A stretch of DNA of 64,000 bases from the NCBI GenBank assembly GCA_000708835.1, contig DF236966.1, forward strand, positions 248,001-312,000. Direction: 5' to 3'. The DNA comes from Klebsormidium nitens (taxonomy: Eukaryota > Plantae > Klebsormidiophyceae). The notes under the pieces were generated by a model that was not told the origin of the DNA, made no database searches, and saw nothing but the letters and a program-made list of their open reading frames with translations. Both the position numbers and the translations under genes were made by a program. Below, one piece after another: positions 37,260 through 49,900 of this stretch (the first letter of the stretch is position 1; each line of letters opens with the position of its first letter).

Positions 37260-38267
37260 ATGGCCTTCAGCAGGTCTCCAAGATCCACCCTTGACAAGCT
37301 CTTCGTGTTCTGTTTCCTCCTAAGCATGTTCTGCAGCGTAGCGCACGCATCTGAACTGCTCTTCAAGCGTCAAGAGAAATGCTTCGTTTCTGCAGTGGCA
37401 AGTCGCTTCGAGGGAGTTGGCAATCTGAGCCTTCCAGAACTTGACATGATCAACGCCTATTTTCGTACAAATACGACGTTCCGGAAGTTCCTTCTGCCAG
37501 ACTACCCTCCGCTGCAATTGATCAAGTGCGACGTGTTCCTTGTTCAAATGGGGGGTTTGTTCAGCTTCTACACCGCGGATCATCCGGGGGCGTGCCAAGA
37601 AGCGCCTGAAAAGCAGCTGAAACCTATGGCAGAACATTCTGCAGGAGAGAAGTTCTGGAAGTTTGAGATTAGAAATTGGCTGTGCTTCTGGCCTCTCTCA
37701 CTGGCACTCGTAGCTAACGGCATCCTTTTCATTCACTACCATACTAGGATGACGACAGCCTTGAAAGGGCAGTACGAACCCCGATGGGGAACGGTTGAGA
37801 GGGACGTTAACATCGGCGTGGTCATTTCAATGGGCTGCTTCTTCTATGGTACTTTGGGTCTAGCTGGCTATTGGGCAAATGTAGATCTTCTGCAAGAGCT
37901 TCACCTGCCAGATCCAGCTACCAATATCAATCCCCTCCTCCGGTCGAGCAATTCCACATTGGACCTCCATCGCTGCACCGTCTTAGGGGGGCCTTCCACT
38001 AAGAGTGCTCTCTTCGACTTCTATATTGGCATGCCCGAAAACATCTGCTCACAACTGCTAGCCGCGGGGGTCATTTATGCAGACTACGTTGCCAAGGGTC
38101 CAGACGATGCATTTGGCGGGGGTGGCCTTGAGCGCTTTGGTTTGCTAATGGCGCGGTGGTTCTTGTCATTCTCAACGGTGTCCGGCTCAATCCTTTTCTT
38201 GTCCGAGAAAGCGTTCCATCTGTCTTGCGTCTTCGGTCCAAAATGGATTCTGAAAATTACTAAGTAA
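37260..38267 (+). CDS. Uncharacterised multi-pass membrane protein, paralog A (intronless, ~335 aa)
   Basis: Long open ORF sharing NAYxRxNTTFRxFLLP, PPLQLIKCxV, FYTADHPG, LPDPA, LHRC and FYxGMPE with paralogs B and C. Confidence 0.85.
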   Translation: MAFSRSPRSTLDKLFVFCFLLSMFCSVAHASELLFKRQEKCFVSAVASRFEGVGNLSLPELDMINAYFRTNTTFRKFLLPDYPPLQLIKCDVFLVQMGGLFSFYTADHPGACQEAPEKQLKPMAEHSAGEKFWKFEIRNWLCFWPLSLALVANGILFIHYHTRMTTALKGQYEPRWGTVERDVNIGVVISMGCFFYGTLGLAGYWANVDLLQELHLPDPATNINPLLRSSNSTLDLHRCTVLGGPSTKSALFDFYIGMPENICSQLLAAGVIYADYVAKGPDDAFGGGGLERFGLLMARWFLSFSTVSGSILFLSEKAFHLSCVFGPKWILKITK

Positions 38268-39462
38268 GGAATAAGAGGATGGGAGAACGAGCTTAAAGTG
38301 GAACAGGTTAACAACAGGACACTGGTTTGTTACCGTCTTACTGCTTAAATATCGAAGAGACGTATCAGGTGCTATTGCAAGTTACATTTGTATGTACGGA
38401 AGGGACTTACAGTTGTCCTTGGAAAAGTCGTATAGCTTTAGTCACTAGGTACTTACGTATCACGAAGTACCTATCGGAGTGAGGACGTTGTCGGTAAATA
38501 TTGACTGTTGTAAATCCGCTTGATACGGTTTTCACACTCAACGCAACTCGACTCAGAATTATCTGCAATATGGACTCAGATGAGCGTCCTTGGGTTGAGC
38601 AACTCAATTCAAACGGCGTTGCCCAGGCTCATAAGAGCTATTTATAGGACAAAAGTAGTGCTTGTCTGAGGCACTCTCCGCCGCTCTGCTTACTAAGCCT
38701 TATAAGGCGACCCCAACTTATCTGATCGGGACATTTGCTTTACAACCAGAACTGTGCGCGGAAGCCAGCACTGCATCTATTGTCCCTGGCGAAAAGCCTG
38801 CTAAGTCCGTTCATGCTGGCGCGCGGCCGCCTCTACTCCTGCCACCATTGCGTCTCAATCACTTGACTTTGGGTCGTCACGAAACGGTTTCGAGATAGGT
38901 ACATTGCAGAGTGTTGTGATTTTGGGGTGCATCATCGAAAAAATCGTCCACCAAACTTAGGCATCACAAACGGATTGTCTATTTCATCAACTAGTGCGTC
39001 CTCGATAAGAATAACAGCACATCATCAGACTGGACTTGCATCATGGCATGAAAGACAAGTTGGCGCCCTTGTCGCGACCTGCACCTAAGGAGCCGAGATG
39101 CCTTATATAAAGGTCGTCTAAGTAGTTACATCAGTCATTGCGCATTGGGCATTTCCATTCTGTGAAGCAAGGCGGACGCGCTGCGGCAAACGGATCATCA
39201 GAAACGCGGTGATTCGTCGGCTCATGCGGCGCTTGAAGTCGCGCGGGGCCGACAAGACATCACCAAATTGCCTCGTAATATGCATGGACGCGGCTGCGCA
39301 TGCGGTCCAAATTTTCTCATGGGACGTGGAGCCGAGGCCGGCCGCGGCTCGTGGGACCGCGCCAATCGGGCGCGCCAAATACGACGTCAGCCCCGAACCG
39401 TGCATTAAGCTCTCACAAAACTGAAGCACGTAAGAGCAAAACAGCGTAGCTCTTTGGCCACC

Positions 39463-40560
39463 ATGGAAGCAAGCAAGCGCCTCTGCACGTCAGGAATCCT
39501 CGTCTTGAGCAAGTTTACAAGCATTTTGCTATTTTGCTGCACCATCATTTTCATTGCAGAGGGAGCTGCAGCCCAGGGCGCGGCAGCGGGAGAAGGAGAA
39601 ACCACACAAGTCAGGGGCGCCTTAGAAATGATTGGCAACGTAATCTTGCCTGACCCTGACGTCATAAACGCTTATCTTAGGGACAACACAACCTTCAGGA
39701 ACTTCCTGCTGCCATCAAACCCGCCGCTGCAGCTTATCAAGTGTGAGGTTTACCTCCTCCAGATAGGGGGTTTGTTCACATTCTACACCGCAGACCATCC
39801 AGGAGGGTGTGAACAGGCTCCTAGAATGGCCGTTATTCCAGAGAGCACTTATTATGCCAAGCACCCTTGGCAGTTTAAGTTGAGGAACCGGTTGTGTTCC
39901 TGGCAGAGCATGCTGGCAATTGCGGGGATACACGCTTTCGTAATTCTTTGCCTCCGTCGACTCGCAGAGACCAGAGAGGAAGTCAAGGCGGGATTCTGGG
40001 AAGTTTTTGAGCGGGTAGACGACGTTTTGCTGAATTGCGCAGCCGCTTGCGAAATGCTTGTCATCATAATAGTCATTATCGGCAGCTTCTCCTTAGGCCT
40101 CGTGCTGAACATTACTTGGGCCGAAGAGTCGCGCGTGCATTCGTTACCCCTGCCTGACCCCGCAACTAGCGTCAACCCTCTGTTGCATTCGAGCAACATA
40201 AGCCTCAGCCTCCACCGCTGCGACGTCCCTATGCCGGCTAGATTACAGAGCCAGAAAAACGACGGCTTCCTGTTCCAGTTCTACACAGGGATGCCAGAAG
40301 CTCTGTGCCCTCAGCTCTTAGCGGCACGTGCCATCTATCCAGGTTATGTATCCGAAGGACCAGAGGATTATTATGGGGGACGTGAGCTGGCAATGACACT
40401 TTTGTGCGTGATGCGCTTCTTTCTGTATCTAGTCACAGTTTCGGGCCTTTGGGCTGTCTTGTACGATGTACCCTACTTGCTCCTGGTCATTAGCGTAGCT
40501 TGTTACAAGGAGTACAGGAGCGGGGTTCGGAGCATGCTCAAGGTGGGGTTGCTTGGCTGA
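39463..40560 (+). CDS. Uncharacterised multi-pass membrane protein, paralog B (intronless, ~365 aa)
   Basis: Long open ORF with the family motifs; ends GVRSMLKVGLLG* like paralog C. Confidence 0.88.
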   Translation: MEASKRLCTSGILVLSKFTSILLFCCTIIFIAEGAAAQGAAAGEGETTQVRGALEMIGNVILPDPDVINAYLRDNTTFRNFLLPSNPPLQLIKCEVYLLQIGGLFTFYTADHPGGCEQAPRMAVIPESTYYAKHPWQFKLRNRLCSWQSMLAIAGIHAFVILCLRRLAETREEVKAGFWEVFERVDDVLLNCAAACEMLVIIIVIIGSFSLGLVLNITWAEESRVHSLPLPDPATSVNPLLHSSNISLSLHRCDVPMPARLQSQKNDGFLFQFYTGMPEALCPQLLAARAIYPGYVSEGPEDYYGGRELAMTLLCVMRFFLYLVTVSGLWAVLYDVPYLLLVISVACYKEYRSGVRSMLKVGLLG

Positions 40561-41284
40561 AATTCACTGTATTCTCGACCTTCGTTAAAAAGGTGTACCG
40601 GAAAGCTTACACGAGCTTATACTTGGTCAAAAGATGTGCGTAAGCTCGCCTGTCTGACTGTGGCTTTCAAGAACTTTGATCTACACGTTCAGATGTACAA
40701 GGAGCCAGTAGTCTGTTATCTTTGACTTTAATTTGATGATCTGATCAGTGTGAAAACCAGCTTGGACGGCTCATTCATTTAGAGTATATGCAACCGAGCG
40801 GACCGCGTCTGTGCAGACAAATCTGCCTCTTTGGTCAAAGACGTACACGTCCAGATTGCGTGCATCATGCCCGCATCCCCGCAAGTTCGCAGAAATCTGG
40901 ACATGTGTATGTCGTTGTGTGATATACCAGCTTAACGGTACGCCAGGTTCCTTGACGAAACTTATCACGCCTCCTTCGACCAATCGATTTGGACGCTGCC
41001 ATCTTGTGCCATATAGCATGCAGCAATTCGGATAGATGCATAAGATACTGGAGTGTAAGCCAGAAACACGGCCTGAAAGTTCTTTGGAAGAATAACATCA
41101 GAGAAGTAGATGCATTTGCTATGGATTGTTGAACTCAAATGCAGGTCGAGTTTTGGCTGAATAAAAGACGGCGAATGCGGTCCGCGGAATTCTAAGAAGT
41201 CAGAGCTTCCGGATTTCAGGTCGCAGTATGATCAGCAGGCGTTCAACTTGTGTTATAAGGCTCCCGTTGTCCGTTGAATAAGTG

Positions 41285-41480
41285 CGTCCCAATGATTCTC
41301 AGCCTTTTGCCTTCTTCGACTTCTTCCCCTCTTTTCTATCCTTGTCTTTTCGATTCCCTGGGCCGAGCTACCGACGCCTTTGCTTCTAAGCCGGTGCTAA
41401 GCCGTTGGCCGGCCGTTTGTCTCTACACTAAGGTAACTGCTCTTAGGCAGCTTGCCCCCCTTCGACAAAGCCTCCTCGAA
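41285..41480 (-). pseudogene. Duplicated fragment of the NAT10 terminal exon, including the stop-codon region
   Basis: Colinear high similarity to 43978-44161; for example GCCTTCTTCGACTTCTTCCCCTCTTTTCTATCCTTGTCTTTTCG is identical. The copy carries a short internal duplication. Confidence 0.88.
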
Positions 41481-41728
41481 GGGTGGCTGAGCGGTTAGAG
41501 CGGCCGCGGCCTATCAGATTGGCGACCCGCGCGCGTCAGCTCAGCACCAGCGCCGGCCAACGGCGGCCGCAGCACGCCGCGTCCCCAAGAAACCTCTGCG
41601 GTTTGAGAATCCCGGAAGCGGCGGGGTCCGGCCGCGGCTCGAGAACAAGCTCTTCACGTTACACGGAGCTTGAAAGGAATCAGACTGAGATAAAACGAAG
41701 CTGCAAACAGCGTAGCTCGTCGGCCGCC

Positions 41729-42823
41729 ATGAAGTCGAGCAAGCGTCTTTCCCCGTCAGAACTCCTGATTTTCAGCAACCTTACACGCCTTCTGCTCTTT
41801 TGCTGCACCATCGTCTATATCGCAGATGGAGTTGCAGCGCAGGGCACGGCAAAGGGTCAAGGCAAAGCCGTGCAAGTCAAAGGCTCCTTGGAGATGATTG
41901 GCAACGTAACCTTGCCTGACCCTGACGTCATAAACGCTTATGTGAGGGACAATACAACCTTCAGGAACTTCCTGCTGCCATCATACCCGCCGCTGCAGCT
42001 CATCAAGTGCGAGGTTTACCTCCTCCAGATGGGGGTTTTGTTCAACTTCTACACCGCAGACCATCCGGGGGGGTGTGAACAGGCCCCTCCCATGGCCGTT
42101 TTGCCGGAGAGCACCTACTCTGGCTGGAATCACTTTTGGTATTATAGTCTGAGGAACTGGTCGTGCTGCTGGCAAACTCTGCTGGCGCTTGTGGGAGTCC
42201 ACCTTGTTGTGATCCTTTCCCTTTTTCTGTTCGCGGACGGCAGAAGGGAAGTGGAGACCCTATTCGCGCAATTTCCGTCAGACATGCGACTTGAGCGGGA
42301 AACCGGCGAGGACGCTGTGCTGGCCCGCGCGTTTGCTTACACGGCGATTGCCTCTACTATACTCGTCCTCTGCAGCCTTTACGCTGGTCTTGCGCTAGCC
42401 ATTATCTGGTGCGATCTTGCCGTTTTACACGCACTTCCCCTGCCAGATCCGGCAGCCAGCATCAATCCTCTGTTACGGGCGAGCAGCATAAGCCTCAGCC
42501 TCCACCGTTGCGTCGTCCCGATGCCGGGATTGTATGACGAAGGCTTCCTCTTCCACTTCTACACCGGCATGCCAGAAGCCCTCTGTCCTCAGCTCTTAGC
42601 GGCACGTGCTATCTATCCAGACTACGTTTCACACGGCCCAAGCGACGAGGACGGGGGAATACTGAAATTTTGGGGGCGGTGGGCCTTCTCATTTGTCACG
42701 CTCTCGAGCCTGGCTGCTCTAGTGTGGGACGTAACCTGTTTGCTGCTTGTAGTGATTATAGCTTGTTACAAGAGGTATAAGAACGGGGTTCGGAGCATGC
42801 TCAAGGTGGGGTTGCTTGGCTGA
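41729..42823 (+). CDS. Uncharacterised multi-pass membrane protein, paralog C (intronless, ~364 aa)
   Basis: Long open ORF with the family motifs. The sequence just before the ATG (AAACAGCGTAGCTC...GGCC.CCATG) and the last ~40 nt match paralog B. Confidence 0.88.
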   Translation: MKSSKRLSPSELLIFSNLTRLLLFCCTIVYIADGVAAQGTAKGQGKAVQVKGSLEMIGNVTLPDPDVINAYVRDNTTFRNFLLPSYPPLQLIKCEVYLLQMGVLFNFYTADHPGGCEQAPPMAVLPESTYSGWNHFWYYSLRNWSCCWQTLLALVGVHLVVILSLFLFADGRREVETLFAQFPSDMRLERETGEDAVLARAFAYTAIASTILVLCSLYAGLALAIIWCDLAVLHALPLPDPAASINPLLRASSISLSLHRCVVPMPGLYDEGFLFHFYTGMPEALCPQLLAARAIYPDYVSHGPSDEDGGILKFWGRWAFSFVTLSSLAALVWDVTCLLLVVIIACYKRYKNGVRSMLKVGLLG

Positions 42824-43990
42824 AAGTCCCATATGTGCTCAACCCTTCGTGGAGAGGACCCAGTCGGAGGCAATTGAAAGCATTCGAGCTCGAGGTCGGT
42901 AAAAGACGTGCTTAGCCCGTTCTGAATCTTGCATGAGAGAAAGTTACTCTCCATGTGCTAACTGCACAAGGCGCCATATATAACATATGTTCCAACGTTA
43001 CATGTATCGCCAACGTCATCATGTTGGTGCGCTTGTTTGTTTGGGAGCTTGTGCTTGCCGATGAGCAATCTCACGTATACAACATGGGACCTCGGCCCAG
43101 CCGTTCTGACTCTGCCGTTGTTTAATTGGCAGGGACGAAAGCGTTGCTCTGACTTCAGATGTCTTAGCTAGTATGGTCGGCTTGCACTGAAGCGTTCTAT
43201 CCATTTCGAGACTTGAAATGAATGGGCACCGCAGGCAACCTGATATCAAGTCATTCAAAGCATGGAGTCGGGAAGACCGGTGTGTCTCGCATAATCAGCT
43301 CGGGCTGTCCAAAAGGGCTTCATGAACAAACGGACTTCCAGGTCATGCATGCTGCATGCTGTGATCGTCACTGGCGGGCTCTTGGTACGATTACGTAAAC
43401 GTAAAGGACCGCTCATCGGATGTAGCGAACGATGTCGCAACTGGAATGAGATCCGTATCGGCGTATGAATGCAAACACGTTGGCAATCTAGGCACGTGCA
43501 ATTTCAGTGTTCGCACACATTTTTGCCCGTCGAACGTACAGGAGATCCGACCGGTTTGATTGGTAGCTAGATTGGAGTCTGGTCTGCCAATTGGCTATCA
43601 AGTTTCCGAGTTCTATCCAAGTGCGTGCACCACGTAGACGTTGGCAACGTACACGCAGCAACTTGGCTGTTAGAGAACTGGATTGCACGGAAAGAACTGG
43701 CCGGAGCTGGAGACTAACGTAAGAATCAGCGACAGGGCAGTACAACGAAGCAGGTGCAGACTTGCAGCGAAAGCAATGCCTTAAACCTGTGGCAACCGGG
43801 TCGAGCTCGTCGACTCAGATATGGAGGAAGCCGGTAGCGGCCAGAAAAATCTGCCCGCAGAATGCGTAAGAAGACGACTTTTGGCATACATATGGAGGAC
43901 GCGCAGCAAGAAGTGCAGCAGCCGCATCCTTGGCTATAGACTCTCCTTTCTTGATAAGAAGACTGTCACACTAATTTCGTCCCAATCTTC

Positions 43991-46900
43991 TCAGCCCTTT
44001 GCCTTCTTCGACTTCTTCCCCTCTTTTCTATCCTTGTCTTTTCGCTTCCCTTCCCGAGCATCCGACGCCTTCGCTTCTAAGCCGTTGGCGGGCCCTTTAC
44101 TCTTTACACTAAGGTAACCGCTTTTAGGCAGCTTGCCCCCCTTAGACAGAGCCTCCTCAAATTCGGCGTCGCCCCGGATCGCATACCGCGACAAGTCCTC
44201 GGGTTGAAGCAGCGCCTCCACCTTTTCTCTCATCGCAGCCTGCACCAAAGACGACCGGTAAGTGAGCAGAAGAGTCTTTTTCTTTACAATCTCTGTCTCT
44301 CCACTTTCTAGCCGTATTTGAAGACAGGGACATTGCTGAGTAACACAGGCTCGAATTCCAGAAGAGAAAGCCCTAAACACATCGTAGGTGTCGAAGCTGC
44401 AACGAGGGGCAATGGTCAAGCAAAGCAGTTCTGTCCAAGACTCCTAGCTGCCCAACGCCAATTCACTCCTGGAATGGCTTCCGCCTGACAAACCGGATCT
44501 TAGCCGTTCAACCCGGGCTCTCTTCTTCACATGCCAACGCTTCCCACCGCACCAGGTCAAGAGGCAAGGCCGAAATGGGAAAGCTTTCGTTGCTTTCTGC
44601 TTCAATCCATAACAACGTCAACCTCGTACCTCCACGTCCGCAGCCCCCTCCTCCAGGTCCTCGTCGACCGTCCGATCGTGCGGCGTCATCTTCACCTCTC
44701 TGACACGTGGCAGCGCGGCCTCGATCTCACGTGCCGCCGCGCCGTGCAAGAGGCCGTGCAGCTTGCGTATCGTCTTGTTGAACAGGGCCAGGATCTGGCT
44801 GGAGGGGAGCTTCAGGTAGGCCTGGAAGAGCGACACGTGTCAGCATAATCGGCAAAGAGTCCTCGGTCAGGAAATCTTGCTGAGTACGCGTTGTTTGCGC
44901 CTTCACCCCTTGAAGGGCTTCGTTTGAATATTCTGTTTGGATGACTAACAAAACTGGCGCTTGACATACACTCGTCGTTTCTCTGCTCTACTAATGCCTT
45001 GAAACGTTGTCAATTTCTTAAAAACAACATTGTACAGAACGGATTTACATTTACCTCGACGTCCGTCAGGTCCTGGTGCTGGAGTCCGAGCGAGAGGAGG
45101 ATGGCGGCCTGGCCGTAGGAGAGCGTCGCAGGCAGCTTTTCTAGGAAGTAGAGGCGGGAGAGGGACGGCACCAAATCCAAAATCTGCGGCAGGGAGAACG
45201 CACGGAGTCAGTGAGGGTTCAACCCATAGTCATGAAAGTCCGCCGGACGGTTGTCAAAGTAACAGTGAAGCAAGGAGTGGGTTCAAAGAAGAACGTTAGA
45301 CGAATTGCAACTGCTACCGGTCCATTGACAACCGGCGAATGATCCGAAGACGACTGATCCGAAGAATTACAGATGTCGCAGAGGGCTTTGCTTTGTCAGA
45401 ACCGTACATGTGCTTGACATGACGGTGTAGCCACGAAGCTTGCCGTTTATGCGGAAGAAGAAAAAGTGGGCCAAAACCTCCTGCTAGCCCTGCACTCCTC
45501 TTTAAATCAGCTCGGAAACTTCGATCAAGGACTGCTAGCGATTGTTCCCTTCGAAGAGTCGCTACAACTTTATAAATCTCCTAGAATTCTTGTAGTAGAC
45601 AATATAGCTCTCCGAGAGCACCTTCACATGCAAGAAACACTGCATTGGATCCAATCTTTTCTCTGACCCCTTACCAGATGGTAGTCGACCAGGTTCCTGG
45701 AATACGAGTCCAGCCGCTTCATATCGTATGGCGAGAAGGTGGTGTCTCCGGCCCCCACGATGCCCTGCCCGGAAGGCCCCGCCTGGGCCTCCTGTTCGCT
45801 GAAGCTGATCTTGGGGTCAACGATGGTCAAAGCGAGCGCGGGGGGAAAGGAGCGGAAGTTGAAGCCCAGGAGCGACAGAAAGCGCCGCTTGAAGTCTGCA
45901 TGATGACGTCGTGAAGCGTCAGTGTTTGATGTCAGATCGGAGAACAGCAGACGTCGTCAGGGTCGAAACAATGGCATCCAAGAGAGCGCGGACAAATTGC
46001 TGCAAAATGGAAGTAAGTGCCGAGCAGAGCACGAGACCGCGGGAGCCCAAAACCCTGCAGAAAAGACTGGGCAGGGACTTTCCAAGCGAGAGTAGAAAGC
46101 GGATGCAGAAGCAAAAGCCTCCTTTCTTTGCCGGAAGCGGAAACGGGGCGCACCTTGGAAGAAGGGCTGCACCCAGTTGGCGCCCCCTTCAGAGAGGCTC
46201 TCGACCTCGTCCGTCTGCAGCGCCTTGAGCATGATGCACGTGTGCTCGCCCGTGATGTCATTCTGTCCGCACAGAAAAGCGAACGACAGATGTGAGCGGA
46301 GGTCTTAAGATAGCAAAACGGCATCCGCAGCCCATGCTGCAGATTCCAATCTACTCTCATCAAAAAGGATGTCGCTTCAAAGCGGTGCTAAGGCCCTGCT
46401 AAACCGCTATCGAACCGCCTTGACTACGGAGCCCCTTCTCAGCCCAAAAGAAAAGCCAGGATTCTCAAGGAATTACGGCAAAGTGCCCTGCTCACCGGCG
46501 TTTGCCACAGGTAGACGTGCGGCCTGCTTCTGCAATGCTAAACCCGCTTTTCTCTTTGGACAAATACAGGCACCGACAGGACCGCTGACGCAAAGAAGCC
46601 CACAGATAGAACCAACAAACATCCGCTCACCGGCGTTTGCCGCAGGTAGACGGGCATCATGCCGAGCCGCTTCCAGAAGTTGAACAGCTGCTGCGTGAGG
46701 CCGTATGAAACGCCCACATAGTGCAGCTTCTCCGGCCGCCGCTCCGCCAAGCTCACCAGCAGCGGGGGGAGGTCCGCCCGCGGCTTTACCTGCTCATCTT
46801 GCAGCGACGCAACCTGCAGAGGTCGACGGAATTCGTGGGTTGGAGGCAATTGCGCGGGTTAGAATGGCTGCTTTGAGGATGCGTTTTACGTCCAGGCTCA

Positions 46901-49900
46901 GCAGCAGCGGGGGAAGGTCCGTGCGCGGCGTTACCTACTCATCTTGGCAGCGACGCGACTCGCAAACGTTACAGCTTCGGATTATAGAAGTGCATGTGAA
47001 GCGTTTGTGGTTCTGCGATTTTGAGGACCAAGCGCGGCTTTACTTGTTTGTCTTGAAGCGAAGCAACCAGACAAAAAGACAAAGCAACCAGACAAATGTC
47101 GATGAATTGTAAATGTTGACAAGCGTTTCTAATAGGGTTTGTGGAAGGGTTTGCCATTGTCTGTTGTTGAAGAAGCTCAAGGGAGCAGGACTTGTCAGCA
47201 TCAGCTTTCCCAAAGGCCTGAGAAGCAGAGCATGAAATCCGCTTGAGGCGTACGATGCGCATATGAGCTGGGTGACAGGGCCCCCGCTGTCAGTTGGTTT
47301 AGCCAAAAGGGCGTTAAAGCTCTCGTCACCCGTTGACATTGGCAGCAGGGACAGATAGGTACACAAAACGCCTATCGTACAGAACGCTCGATTCATAAAG
47401 TCGAAAGGTGCTCCCACGAAAAAGAAATCTCTGTCTCACCTGCGCTGCGGCCTCGACCACGCTCTTGCTCTTCTTGGCCGCCTTCTTATCCTCCAGCTCC
47501 ACCTCCGCTAAGTCCGTCAGCTGCCCCTCGTAGTACCGCCCTAGAAGCTCCATTGCGCGGGTGCCGTAGCCGGCCTGCAGGCAGGGTCTAACGGTCAGAA
47601 TGCAAGCTTGTCATCCAACGGTCTCAGGAGGCTGACAAAGGGAGTCGAAGATTCGTACGAGCCGCCGCCTGTGTATAAGGTCTGCGAACTGCTCTTTATA
47701 ATACTCAAGATGCACCACATTACAAATTCAAAAGTTACACGTAATCAGTTTAAAATAGCCCGCTTCAAAGAAGCACCAAGCGCCGTGCAAAAGTCGGGGC
47801 CTGAATACGCAGACTCGAGCTGCACCTTGAACATGAAAAACTACGCCTTTATGTAGGAAAGGCCCTCACTCTTTGCAAGTCCGGGTGGCAGGCAATCCGC
47901 ACGACGCGCGCGCCTGAGAGGGAGGGGAACTCGGCGTCCTGGAACTGCTGCGAGATGGTCCACGGGATTAGGTCGCCCGTGGGGGATCCCCCTTGTGCCA
48001 GCGTGGCGAGCGCGGACTGGCGGCTGATCTCGCCCTCCATGCACACTTGGACCACGGCCAGGACGTCGGGGAGGGCGGACTGCGATTCGTCGACGGGACC
48101 TGAAGCGAAAAGGATAGGAGAGAGTTCATGAATTTGAAATTGAGAGGGGTTTGGAGATGAGGAGTGAATTTTTGGGAAAGGGCCATAAAGAAACTCTCTG
48201 AAGGAAAAAAGAACCTCGATGTTCTCTGCACAGGCCAGAGTGGATTAACCAATGGGAACTCCGAAGCGTGCTTCCAAGCCCCTACAAACCTTCCGAGCCC
48301 TTACGACCTTCAAGAAACGTAAGCAAAGACGGCTTTTCTATCTCGGGACATCTGATAATGAAACCCCCAACTTGGAAAAAGCGGAAGCGACGCAAACGCA
48401 ACGGTCCAAAGCTTACAACCCGAAAGGAGACTACATATTGCTACAATTTCCGAGTTTTTATACGACTTACCTAGAAGGACGAAGAGGTGATGCGCGGGCG
48501 CGTCGGACATGAGCTGCAGGTCGTTGGGCGTGTTCTTGTAGTGGCTTGCCACGTAGAGGGCCATCATTCGCTGCAAGAATAGCTCGCTCGCCTTGTGGTA
48601 CGAGAAGAGCGTGTCGCGGTTCACGTAGTACAGCTCGCACTCGGACGGGTGGGGCAGCCTGGGCCAATGGGAGCGCGACACGTCAGCAAAAGTACAGCTC
48701 GCATGCTGCCGAGGCGTGAGCAGACAGGACAACATTTCGTTGGGAGATATTAACCCACCCTTAAACCGTGAGAATCTGACAAAAGTACAGGAACGAGCCA
48801 GTCGAATCAAAGGTAGGATGACACGTCAGCAACGCAGATTAGAGAGCGGCGCCTCTCAAGAAAAGCAACCAGCAGAGTGGCGAAAGGGCTGCCTCTGAGG
48901 CGACCAACAAACGGCGTTATCGCGCGTGAGAAATCCAACCAAGGAAGTTACGCGCCTCAAAAACACCGCCCAGCAAACGTCCGGTCGCTGCCATCGCTCC
49001 CGCGATAAGCGGACATTATTCAACAGCAGTCCAGCGCGTAAATCACCCAAGGGGAAGGTTAGGGCTGACCTGCCGGTGATCCTGGGGATGTGGTCGGCAG
49101 CGTTGAGGCACAGCAGGTCGTTGAGCCACGACTCAACGGTGTCTCCGGCCGCGTACCGGATCGGCTCCGCCAGCTCCACCTCCTTGAACACACGCCCTGC
49201 ACGCAACCGTCCATATGTAACTTCTAACGTCCGAGCGTCCAGCTCCGCTTTCAAGCGTCCAAATCTGGAGCGTTCAAAGTCGAGCATCTTTCATGAAGTC
49301 CAAGACTCGAGCGCCCTTTCGTCTGTCCGTCCGACCCTGAGCCCACGGATCTAAGTTTTCGAAAGTCATTAATCCGAGCGTCCAACTTCCGACGTCTCCA
49401 CCTTGAAAATTTCAAGCTCAGCGTTCTTGTCCCCCCGAACTAAAGCCCCCCGAGCTCAAGAACCCTCAATACGACACGACGGCGTTAAGGACTATTCACG
49501 TTCCAGACCCGTCGCAATCCAGTCCCATTTGCAGAAGGCTAGAAACACCAGCTGGACTAACTTGTCGTACATGCGAGCAGAACGGAAAGTTTTCTTTTTC
49601 TCCCTCAATTCCCCCGCTTTTGACACGTCCACTTGTCAAAACGATCACTTATCGAATCGAATACGAACCGACGTGATACCAGGCGAGAGCGCGCAGAGAA
49701 AGAAAGCCCGCCGTCCACTCACCAGCCCCCTCCGTCTTCGCGCCCGCCCCCGCGGCCTCCCCGCGCGCCGCCTGCTGCTCCCTCAACTGCCCAATGAGCT
49801 TCAGCGACAGCGACCGTCCCGTCCCTTCATAACCATTCACCGTCGAGCACAGGAAAACTAGGTATGGGCCCAGAAGCTTCTTGACGACCGGTAACGGTAT

